NCBI GenBank assembly: GCA_965203805.1
Contig: OZ241917.1
Span: 2,464,001 to 2,528,000, forward strand
Length of the DNA stretch: 64,000 nt
Direction of reading: 5' to 3'
DNA from: Candidatus Latescibacterota bacterium
Lineage (GTDB): Bacteria; Latescibacterota; UBA2968; GCA-2709665
Under the pieces are notes generated by a model. That model had not been told where the DNA came from and searched no databases. It saw only the letters and a list, made by a program, of their open reading frames with translations. Below are positions 40,074 to 49,900 of this stretch, in pieces. The position numbers and the translations under genes were made by a program. How positions within the stretch are numbered: position 1 is the stretch's first letter; every line of letters starts with the position of its first letter.

Positions 40074-41293
40074 CACGGCCTCCCGGGCATCTTCGTCACG
40101 TGGATGCGTCCCCCGATCCCGCCCAGGTCCGCCGGCATCTGTCCCGAAGGCCGGTCCGCGCCGGGCCGGAAGTCCGGAACGCTCACGAGCCTGCTGCCTT
40201 CCTCGATCGAATCCACGGCCAGCACCGCCGGCGCCATCGAATCCATCACCCGGTACACGTCGTAGGCCAGCTCCTCGCCCTTCAGGATCGCGTCGCGGAA
40301 ATACATATGCACATAGTAGTCCGCATCGCCGTGTCCGCTCCCCCGCGCCTCCGGCGGCGCGTCTGTCCGACTGTACTGCCAGTCGACCTCCGTCCAGTCG
40401 TTCATCTGCGTGTCCGCCAGCCACAATTTCGGCTTCTCCTTTCCGGACCGCCGCCACTCCACGCTTCCCTTCGTCCCGATCATCTGCCACCAATGGTGGT
40501 CTCCGTGCGGCCTGGGTTGATTGAATCCGTTGAGCATCCGAATCAGGGTATCCTTTTCCGTCTTCATCAGCGCCACCTGAATGTCGGCGTTGAGCATCTC
40601 CGGCGTCGTGTAACTCGGCGGTTTGGTGCTCATGCCCGTGACCTCGACGACGCGGTCGTCCAGAATCTTCAGCAGGATACTCAGGTCGTACGAGGCGGAG
40701 ATGATGTAGGGCAGATACTGCGGATTCGCGGGTTCGGCCTCCGGGTGGTCGGGAAGCGCTTCTACGGGGTACTGTTTGCCGGTCCTGAAATCCTGAAACC
40801 ACTGATGGGTGCCGTAATAGCCCAGATACTGACCCTCGGCGTAGGTGATCTTTCCCAGCATCCCGTCGTCGACCAGCTTCTTCCATCCGTCCACGAACCC
40901 CCAGAACCGCGTCTGCTCCGCAAGGCTGTAGACCAGTCCGGTCCGTTCCACGTTCGTGACGATGCGCCAGCACTCCTCCATCGTATGGGCCCCGGGCACC
41001 TCGCAGTTGACGTGCTTCCCGGCCTCCATGGCCTCTGCGGCCATGGTCCCCTGCTCCATCTGCCTCACCACAAGCCCCACCGCGTCCATCCCGTCGTACG
41101 ACAGGAAATCGTAGTAGTTGCCGAATACCTTCACGTCGCCGCGGTTCTCGATCTCCGCCAGGGCCCGCTCCTGCAGCGGCTCGATCCAGTCGTAGATCGC
41201 CGTTATCCGGTAGCCCGGCACCTTCTGCAGCAGCCGGATCCAGTGCAGCCCGCGGTGACCCAGCCCGGCAATGCCGATTCTGATTTCATCCAT
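40073..41293 (-). CDS. Gfo/Idh/MocA family oxidoreductase (GH109-like), paralog A
   Basis: GIAGLGHRG, GKHVNCEVP, TYAEGQY, GSGHGDAD; GGGAGG RBS before ATG 41293. Confidence 0.92.
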   Translation of the reverse strand: MDEIRIGIAGLGHRGLHWIRLLQKVPGYRITAIYDWIEPLQERALAEIENRGDVKVFGNYYDFLSYDGMDAVGLVVRQMEQGTMAAEAMEAGKHVNCEVPGAHTMEECWRIVTNVERTGLVYSLAEQTRFWGFVDGWKKLVDDGMLGKITYAEGQYLGYYGTHQWFQDFRTGKQYPVEALPDHPEAEPANPQYLPYIISASYDLSILLKILDDRVVEVTGMSTKPPSYTTPEMLNADIQVALMKTEKDTLIRMLNGFNQPRPHGDHHWWQMIGTKGSVEWRRSGKEKPKLWLADTQMNDWTEVDWQYSRTDAPPEARGSGHGDADYYVHMYFRDAILKGEELAYDVYRVMDSMAPAVLAVDSIEEGSRLVSVPDFRPGADRPSGQMPADLGGIGGRIHVTKMPGRP

Positions 41294-41578
41294 CGATGCC
41301 TCCCTTCGTGTTTTCGCTAACACCTTTTCACTACTCTCTCATCGGAGTAGGTACCACGTCACAGATCGTTCGGATGCGTCCTGTCCTCGTGCGCACCCAC
41401 GACCCCCCGAAAACGTAACGGGCATGCCTGATGCGGGCATCGCCTGTGTCGTTCCGTGCGTGAATTGAGCTTTTCGGGATGAGGCAATTGAAGCGAACGA
41501 ATCTAATTCTCAATCCGCTTTCCAACGCCTGCGGGGAACATCAGCCAACGTTTCTCCTCCTATGCCTACTCGCTCGAT

Positions 41579-44500
41579 TCATTTCCGCCTCTTTAGCCGC
41601 TTCTGTGCTTCTTGTAATAAGCGTTTCCGGTCAATTTCAGGAGTTACAGACCCTGAATTCTCTTGGAATTGATACTCTTGTTTGCTGAAATCGTCCGGTT
41701 TCGGCAATGGAGACCCCTGCAACAATAGATCCAGAATCCGGTGCGCTTGTTTGCGTTTCAACAAGCCCCTGCGTACGGCATTTTGTGCATCAATGCCCAA
41801 AATACAGTCCAGACAGGCAGTCTCACATCGGTCATGGTGGTCCGGATTTACATAAAGAACACGCAACGCTTCTTCAAGCCATAAACGACCTAACCCCAAT
41901 AGTTCTCGAACATGACCAGCACCGCCGGGAACATCGTCATAAAGCACGACACCCCATAAAGCACCATTCTCACCAGCCGGTACAGTCATCACACCGATTT
42001 CACGCGTATCCAGTTCAAGTACCTGAACCCCTGCACGTTGCAATGCATACCCCAAAGTCGTAATCAGAGCAAGGTCATGTGCCTGAGAATCTAGACAGCC
42101 GCAGAAATCAACCATCAACACATCCGTAATCTCACGTGCTGCTAACACCTGCCTTCGGATAATTTGGGGTTCCCCATCATGCCAGCAGCGCGTCCAAGGG
42201 TTTGAAGAATGCAAAGGCGCGTGGTTGACGAAATCAGTGGACAGCTTCTGGATTCCGTCGCCGTAATCTGTTTCGCTTTCGGCAAAACCACACTTGAGGC
42301 AAATGGCAAATCCTAGGTTATTTTCTCCTTTATTGTACACCATTATTTCGCCGTCTTCTTGATAGTGACAAACCAACCCTGGTATATCCCCCAAATTTTC
42401 GATGGGTGTCATTTCCTCATCCCGGTCCTGCAAAAATGTCATGGTAGCTGTCTCCGCAGAACCAATGCGTTCTATGTCGGTGCCAAATCTTGGGGATTCC
42501 CAAGCGGCACTACTAAAACCATGTTTGGGAAAAAGCATTGATTTGGGGGGAATGACAGGTTCTGCTCCACATATAGGACAAGCATGTTCCGTCTTGGATA
42601 CCCAATAATAAAAATGTCCCTTGACACATTCACAGCACTGACCTCGCAAGCCAAAAGATGTATCTCCATCCGTCCAGTGCTTCAACAAGCCACGCGACGA
42701 AACCATTTTTCCACCCACCAACAGTTGAGATCCAGGTACATATTCTCGCAAAGCCAACAGACTGCTGCGTTCTAGTCGGTATTGATCTTCTTCGCGGACC
42801 CTATTGTGATGTTCTTGATCTGGTGCAATAACCCGCAACTTTTGCACACCGATGGGAAAACCATAATGAGGTAGAAATTGTCGATCAGCCAAACCCTCAA
42901 TGACCGTAATCGCATATAGAGCTCTCAATTGGTAACCAATTGCATTGGCCTGAGCCTGCTGTTCTTCTTCGGTAGTTCGCCAGCTTGATAGCAGATTCTC
43001 ATATTCTTCTCGCCAACTGTGAATGGCCTCACGAAAATCATCAATGGAATGTTGTAAAAAGCTGTGCCAATCCTCTAATTCTCTCAACAACCGGGTTTCA
43101 CCCAACAATGTCTCGATCGTAGTATCAAGTATTTCTTGACCCTTGTCTCGTACCCAATTCAGATAGCTTAAGAACTGTGCTTCTAGACCAAGGGCCTGTA
43201 ACTCGGGATTCCACCATGGAAAATCGAGTTGAGGTCCCGACGAAATAGGTGTTTGAACGCTCGGCTTCGGGTCTCCCTTACCCCAATATGCCACTCTTGG
43301 CACACCGCAAAATTCACCCATGTTGCCAAATGCATTCATCGCTCCCACATGCTGATCTTCAGGATAAATGGCTCGAAAAAATTCCCCGATCAAAAAGGAA
43401 TGAAAGTGACGCTTTACGACCCGGTTACGATCGAGAAAAACCAGAGGCTTGCGCAATGGACGATTAAGATAGTCGCCAACGCGATTGAAAACTTCCCGAT
43501 CATAAGGCTGCGTCCGGGCAAACGTAATCACAGCGGAAGAGCCATCAGATCGACGGCCTGCACGGCCGGCACGCTGCGAATAGTTGGCTTTGCCTGGCGG
43601 TACATTGCTCATCAATACTGCGTTCAATCCGCCGATGTCAATACCCAATTCCAGGGTCGTTGTCGCACTCAAGATATTACGAATGCCATATTTGAAAAGA
43701 TCCTGCAAGCGCCTGTTTTCATGGGGTGATAACTGCGCGCTGTGTTCTTCTGCCCACAACCCCATCTGGAAAACTTTCGCATCGCGATACTCACGCCGTT
43801 GCCTCCCGAAGCGAGCATCGTTGTCCAGTTCGGCATCTAAGACGGGCCTCAAAGTGCGATTACAACCAAATACGGGCGCACAGCCCAAAATGCTGCGATA
43901 CCACAGGTGCCCAGTCTTTTCACAGCGGTAAATGTTGACGGGGCGCCGCAAGCCCAGATGGTCAAAGACCAACTGTATAGCATCCTGTGTTGGTCCAGTT
44001 CCAGACTGTCTTGCGTGGCATTGAATCCAGGGCAATTGCCCATCCGAGGGTTTTTTCCCTGCAGGATGCGCCGCTTCCATCAACTGTTCAAATGCCGTAT
44101 TGAGTACCCGGTTAGCCAAATCCTCAATGCCGTCTGACACACCACAGGCCCTCAATACTTGAGCGGCAAACCACGATCTACGCTGCCGCAAGGTTTGTCC
44201 CACGAAGCTAACCAATCGATTGCCAGATGCTTGTTCGGCACACCAATAGCCTATATACGGCACATCAAATTGGGTGTCTTTCACGGCATCCGAATCCTCA
44301 AGCGCAATAACCCCATCGGATCTAAGCGTATCACACAATGCTTTAAGGAAGTCCCCCCATATCTGAGTCAACAGGGTTCGTGCCTTTTCATGGGGTAGGA
44401 CACCAACTAAAGTACTAGGCACGATCAATTCATCAATCCCGGGATAGGTCACTTCAACCAGACCGAGATTTTCCAATAAGTTATCACCCCGAGAGGTGCG

Positions 44501-46918
44501 GGCAAATTCGTTTGCCAAATACAGTTTGGCATGCCGCTTCACCTGTTCATGATTCACTTCCCATTCGCGTTGTCCCCATACTTCCCCATCCTTTTCAGGC
44601 ACGTGACGAGATGCTGTCTCACGGTCGAGCAATTCTGATAGGAAGGGTTGACCAGACAGTTTTTTACACCAGTCATCAATAGAGCCACCTGCAGCTGCAC
44701 TCTTCGCCTGTAATCTCCAAATTTGTAGGGTATTTTCGATTACCTGTCTCAATCCATGAACAAGATCCGGTTTTGCAAGTTTCTTTTCTTGTTCTTTGAT
44801 CATCTCTTCAATGCCAGCAGCCGTTTCTTCTCCTCCCAGTGGTTCGTCAACAATCTGCTTTAATATGGCAGCACGAATAACTTGCAATTCGTGCTGCGCT
44901 GTCAAGCGAGGGCCTAATCGCGCCGCTTCCCGCCGGCTGTCACTAAAGACCAGCAACCGCCGGCCACGTGCAGGCAGGTAGTTTTTCGAAAGCGTCGGGA
45001 AATGCGGCATCTCTGACAATACTGTTTCGGTCAAAATTGATAGAATAAGCCGCGACCGGCGAGCAAACGAAACAAAAGCCTGTTGTCCTTCACCACACCG
45101 AGGGCACTCTGAAATCTCATATAGAGAAACGGCTTTGGCGTCTGGTCCCCCTAACGCAGCAGTAATAGGATCAATGAAATATTCCCGGCCGTTTAAGGAC
45201 GGCTGAAAATGAAAATACGAGGGTGTTTCTTCACCATCCGGAATAACGGGCTTGAGATACTGGCAGTCATGCTTTCCTGCCAATAGCCATTCCCCACAAT
45301 TCCGACATCGAAATAGGGAGAGCACCGCGCCTCCACAAGAAGAACAGGTTTCATGAAATCCTGAGAGAACACGCCCTGAAGATTTTAGCTTTAAGTGTTG
45401 ATCACCCGAACAGTCCGGATTAACACAAACGGATAACCCATCGTTGGATCGTGCCACCAAATGGATTCGGTGGGGAATTAAAGGATACTGATAGGGTAAT
45501 GCCCTTGCCGTTGCTGCAAGTTGGAGTAACACAATTGCCGCTTTCACTTCAACTTCCGTTTGGCCTCCCCAAAGTGTCTCAGCCAGTTCACCCAACGGCA
45601 GATGTTTCTTTTCCCACAGTTCTTTTTCCAATTCATGAATCAAAGGTGCGGCTCCCAACGTCTCCTTAAGTAGACGGGCTGGTACATTCCGTTCCTTAGC
45701 AGTGTCCACCAAAGCTGAATCGACCAAAACCGGCAGTTGTTGTCGCAACCGATTGCACATTTCTGGCTCATCAGCCAGTATAGGCTGCATATCGTCACCA
45801 TAGGTCATCAAAGGCCGGTCCAGCCAATCCTGTTGAATCAAATCGTCCGGCGCACAACCCCGCTCTGGCGGCGCGGGGATATCCAGATCAACACGTGTCG
45901 AGCGTCCTTGTATTATCTGAACGTGACCAATTGCCTTCGAAAAAATCGTCGCAGCAAACCTCTTGAGATCATTCAGGTTGTCCGACCCAAGAGTTGCAGA
46001 GGTCGCCATCTGTAGAAAATCTGAAGTTGAAACTCCGCAACGAATAGCAAGGCGTCTCAATAAGAGCGCGATTTCAGCGGCCAATGTTCCCGTGTATAAA
46101 TGCGCTTCATCCAGAACCACAGCACGAAGTCCTGGTCCAAAAAACACAGAATCCTGTGGCCTACAGAGCATGTATTCCAGCATAGAATAGTTCGTCACGA
46201 GAATGTCTGGCACTTGATCAGGATTAGGCTGGCTCTGTTTTCTACCTGTTTTCGGATTTTCCAGGCCTCTGGCCTCCTGTCTCGTGCGCACGCGGCAAGC
46301 ATCCCAGTCGGGAATACCTTGGCGATCAGCTGCTTTTTTATTTTCTGGTGTTTCACTGGTAAAGTGGAAAAGGCGGACACGTGTTTGGCCTTCTAGCCAA
46401 CTATAAAGACGGTCTACCTGATCATTGACGAGCGCGTTCATAGGATACAGGATGATACACTTCACGCCTTCTTGTTTCAGTGGAGAATCGTATAGCGCAT
46501 TTAGAATTGGTAACAGAAACGCCTCAGTTTTTCCTGTGCCGGTACCCGCGGTCACAACCACTGCTGGCTTTTCTGCCTGTTTTTCCAAATTTTCCGCACA
46601 ACACATGGCCTCGTATTGATGCGTATAAAGAGGCCGTTTAGAAGGTACAGCACCAGTTTTATCCAATTGATCGCGAAGCTGAGCGTCAAATCTTCCGGCA
46701 TCAACCAACTTGGCAAGCGTCCAATCAGACTGCTTCGCCGGGAAATTACCTTCAACCCACAAGTCGCTCAATAACCCGCCATTTTGCGGCGCAGAAGACC
46801 AAAATTCGCGACAAATGCCTGACAACTTCGGATCATTAACAAAGTTGTCGTCGACACAAAAATCCGTCAACCTTTGCCGGATTTTTGCAGACAATTGCAA
46901 TGCGTCAAGTTGTGCCAT
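41579..46918 (-). CDS. Large SF2 DEAD/DEAH helicase with Zn ribbons and C-terminal DUF1998 (DruE-like)
   Basis: LYTHQ, AGTGTGKT, YPMNAL, DEAH, SAT, VFSDSR, EEHSAQL, TTTLELGIDIG, QRAGRAGR, YDDVPGGAG...CETACLDC; several CxxC pairs. Confidence 0.93.
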   Translation of the reverse strand: MAQLDALQLSAKIRQRLTDFCVDDNFVNDPKLSGICREFWSSAPQNGGLLSDLWVEGNFPAKQSDWTLAKLVDAGRFDAQLRDQLDKTGAVPSKRPLYTHQYEAMCCAENLEKQAEKPAVVVTAGTGTGKTEAFLLPILNALYDSPLKQEGVKCIILYPMNALVNDQVDRLYSWLEGQTRVRLFHFTSETPENKKAADRQGIPDWDACRVRTRQEARGLENPKTGRKQSQPNPDQVPDILVTNYSMLEYMLCRPQDSVFFGPGLRAVVLDEAHLYTGTLAAEIALLLRRLAIRCGVSTSDFLQMATSATLGSDNLNDLKRFAATIFSKAIGHVQIIQGRSTRVDLDIPAPPERGCAPDDLIQQDWLDRPLMTYGDDMQPILADEPEMCNRLRQQLPVLVDSALVDTAKERNVPARLLKETLGAAPLIHELEKELWEKKHLPLGELAETLWGGQTEVEVKAAIVLLQLAATARALPYQYPLIPHRIHLVARSNDGLSVCVNPDCSGDQHLKLKSSGRVLSGFHETCSSCGGAVLSLFRCRNCGEWLLAGKHDCQYLKPVIPDGEETPSYFHFQPSLNGREYFIDPITAALGGPDAKAVSLYEISECPRCGEGQQAFVSFARRSRLILSILTETVLSEMPHFPTLSKNYLPARGRRLLVFSDSRREAARLGPRLTAQHELQVIRAAILKQIVDEPLGGEETAAGIEEMIKEQEKKLAKPDLVHGLRQVIENTLQIWRLQAKSAAAGGSIDDWCKKLSGQPFLSELLDRETASRHVPEKDGEVWGQREWEVNHEQVKRHAKLYLANEFARTSRGDNLLENLGLVEVTYPGIDELIVPSTLVGVLPHEKARTLLTQIWGDFLKALCDTLRSDGVIALEDSDAVKDTQFDVPYIGYWCAEQASGNRLVSFVGQTLRQRRSWFAAQVLRACGVSDGIEDLANRVLNTAFEQLMEAAHPAGKKPSDGQLPWIQCHARQSGTGPTQDAIQLVFDHLGLRRPVNIYRCEKTGHLWYRSILGCAPVFGCNRTLRPVLDAELDNDARFGRQRREYRDAKVFQMGLWAEEHSAQLSPHENRRLQDLFKYGIRNILSATTTLELGIDIGGLNAVLMSNVPPGKANYSQRAGRAGRRSDGSSAVITFARTQPYDREVFNRVGDYLNRPLRKPLVFLDRNRVVKRHFHSFLIGEFFRAIYPEDQHVGAMNAFGNMGEFCGVPRVAYWGKGDPKPSVQTPISSGPQLDFPWWNPELQALGLEAQFLSYLNWVRDKGQEILDTTIETLLGETRLLRELEDWHSFLQHSIDDFREAIHSWREEYENLLSSWRTTEEEQQAQANAIGYQLRALYAITVIEGLADRQFLPHYGFPIGVQKLRVIAPDQEHHNRVREEDQYRLERSSLLALREYVPGSQLLVGGKMVSSRGLLKHWTDGDTSFGLRGQCCECVKGHFYYWVSKTEHACPICGAEPVIPPKSMLFPKHGFSSAAWESPRFGTDIERIGSAETATMTFLQDRDEEMTPIENLGDIPGLVCHYQEDGEIMVYNKGENNLGFAICLKCGFAESETDYGDGIQKLSTDFVNHAPLHSSNPWTRCWHDGEPQIIRRQVLAAREITDVLMVDFCGCLDSQAHDLALITTLGYALQRAGVQVLELDTREIGVMTVPAGENGALWGVVLYDDVPGGAGHVRELLGLGRLWLEEALRVLYVNPDHHDRCETACLDCILGIDAQNAVRRGLLKRKQAHRILDLLLQGSPLPKPDDFSKQEYQFQENSGSVTPEIDRKRLLQEAQKRLKRRK

Positions 46919-46927
46919 AAATTACCC

Positions 46928-49900
46928 TTATAGATTGAGGACAATATCGTTAAGGATATTGATACAAAGATAACGGTTAAAGGGTTGCACATTCATTATT
47001 ATTTCGAGGTTTTCTCGCTCAATTGTTGTCAGAGGTTGCTTGTGTCCAACTTTTACCAATTTCGCACCATTTTGAGCTGTATTTTTCACAAAGAATGGGT
47101 CCAGCATCATGCTTTGCGCAGCTTCATTAAGATACCTTTCTTCCTCAACTCTAACGTCTCGCTCAGAAGCTCGTGACGGTAAAAGCAGAAAGCGTCGCTT
47201 GACACTCTTCAGATGGTCAATCCACTCGGACTCGCTGAAATTTCCGTAATTCGAAACCACCAATCCTTGTAGGACGTTCCCCATGAAAATGGGGTTTATA
47301 TTTCCAAGACACTGAAGTACTTCCCCAAAGTTGACGCAAAATCCATCTCGAATCATCAAACCTACCAATTCGGATGCTTGTTTAGGATCAACCTGCACCT
47401 GAGAGAATAATTCTCCAATGGTGGCCAACCACGTATCGAAAGTCTCGTTAAAGCATAGTCCTTTCACAAGCCCCTGATCCTGCATCCACGCAGATAACAC
47501 GGCGACTAATTCTGTTTCGAGGAAGCGGATGATTTTCTCTTTCCATGTCAGCTTGAGGATCGGAAAATGCAGCCATCGCATCATTGCTGCCACATTTTGA
47601 ACGTCTTCAGTATCCAGGAAACCCGAAATATCTATGCTATCTTCCCACCAACTCCCTATACACTCTCCACGATATGCAATGCCACAGGCGATCAACGGGT
47701 GGCTGACTTCCGCAAGCCATTTCCGACCGTCATACGCACGGATCTTGAATTGAGACGCAAGTCCACTGTGTGATAAACCAATCAAGAGATGATCAGGCCC
47801 CGGATCTACATCTCTGTGCAAGAAAATCTCGACACATGTTCCATCCATCAGCACCCGGTCTATAGTCCCACGGTCAATTACTGCGGTCGATAGTGTTAAC
47901 AGCTTCTCCCCAGGTAAGCAGTTATACGGTTTCTGCACTTTCAATGGGGCGCCCAATCCCACCAGTCCGCCGAGTGTCCTCGGACGCTTCCACAGCCTGC
48001 GCAAAAACACAGTCCCCTCCATCAAAGCGAGGTCGTTGAAGTGTCCTCCTCGCCAAGGATTCGGAACGAAAACTTGCACACGATTAGATTCCAGTTCTTG
48101 AATAGTCACACCTCGCAAAACAGACATCGGCTCCCAATGGGTCTTTCGGTAGATAGCCGATCCTATAAAGTCTAAATCAACTGGCAATCGAAGGCGCTTT
48201 ATTTCGCCGTTGTGGACCAAATGAAGTTCAATTTTACTACCTTGCCAGACAGCGAATGCGATCTCTGGTGTCAATTCGATATTTTCAATTCTCTTCTCCC
48301 CTGTCAGAGTTGTAACCGTGAGGGGTTTTTTGCAGAAAATAGCGTGGGAAATTTCGACGTCAGGAATGGTACTCTTGATAATCAAATCAAATCTGTCCCC
48401 AAATTCCAATTGGGTGTTTGGCACAGCATTGATCTGGATTTTTCGCTCCCAATCCAAATGACTGGATTTGGATTGATCTGAAGGTTCGAACATAGGGGAC
48501 CAAAAATCCTCTCCTTCGAAGGTGATCTTTAAGTCAGGTGTCCACCCTTTTTCCAGTAAGATCAAACGCCATTTTCCTTCTCCAACAAGCCGCCACGGCT
48601 CAATAGATGGTTCAACCTCAAGGTCCTTCAAGGTGATCAGCACATATTGTGACTGAGTATCCATTTGTCCGTTCCATGCGTCGATTTTGCTCCCAGAAGG
48701 GTACCGAAAGATACTGACCATCAGATCATCTTCGTCATTCCAAAGTTGGAGATCTTGAGTATAACACGTTTTGCCTTCCGAATCACATAAACGGATAATT
48801 TGTAGAGGACTATCAAGATGGATACGAATTTCCTCTATACCTCCATAGTTTCCATTGTTATCTCTATAAAGCGAACCTTCATATCGTTCCCCCACAAAGA
48901 GATCGTAGCGATCATCAATGATATCGATTAAATCAAGCTGTTTCAGAGAGCATTCAAAAAATGGCACGGCAACACCAACCCATCGAAGCCTGGGTTTATC
49001 GATTAACAAAATGTGTTGCTCGTCATCCTCAGCTGCCACTTCTACGTTGTCCGTTGTGGACAGTTTGTCCTCGAGGTTCTCAACCGACATTGCCGCATCC
49101 AGCACATCCTCTGTTTTTTCAGGTAGAACCCAGGGATTGACGTCGAGAATTTTTGCCGCTATATCCCGTGAAATGTGATTGAACCGAAAATCTCTTAGTG
49201 TATGGAATAGGCAATGGAAACTCTCACTTGTCGGGTGCGTACCTAACAAAAAATCAATCGAGCGGAGATTTTTGTGCCCTGTCAACGTCAAAGGGAGTTG
49301 TTTAAGATGGGACAAAGCAAAACCATATTGTAGTGTCATAGTTATGTAATAACTTTGCGTGCCTTCATGACCCAAAACATGCCGCAGATTGAATTTTCGA
49401 CAAGTAGACTCTATAATGTCCTTAAACCTTTGATTGATGCTCTGTTCACCTTGGAAGATAACCCTTCTGGCGTCGTCACTAAACCGCCTACGTACAAAAG
49501 GCCAGAGCATGCTTGATACAGCTTCTCTGCGACCGACTTCCACAGCAAAAAGAAGCAGCAACAGACCAGTTCCCAGAGCAATGGGAGCCACTTCCCCCTC
49601 ACCCCATTCAATAGGTTCGTCATAATTGTCCAATATTGCCCGCAAAGTAGATGCATCAATGTGCTTTGCCCACAAAATCAGCCATTGATACCCTTCGTGA
49701 TTTATACGTAATTCACATAAAGAACAAGGCTTTGGTAAATTTCCAACGGCTTTGATTATTCGCAGAATAGCTTCTCGAATTGCGTCGGGATCTTTTGGAT
49801 CCAATCCAATAAAGATATTTCTGTAACAGTCTCCTCTTCTGTCAATCCCGGCTAAGATTGCGTCATAATCTAAAATGCTGCCACCTAAGAGGGTTTTAGT

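Noticed and set aside
41579-46918. Housekeeping MrfA/SftH repair helicase or DISARM DrmA/DrmB
   Set aside because: It is about twice the size of MrfA-type enzymes, lies in foreign-looking DNA, carries helicase and DUF1998 in one chain, and has no methylase or other DISARM genes nearby.
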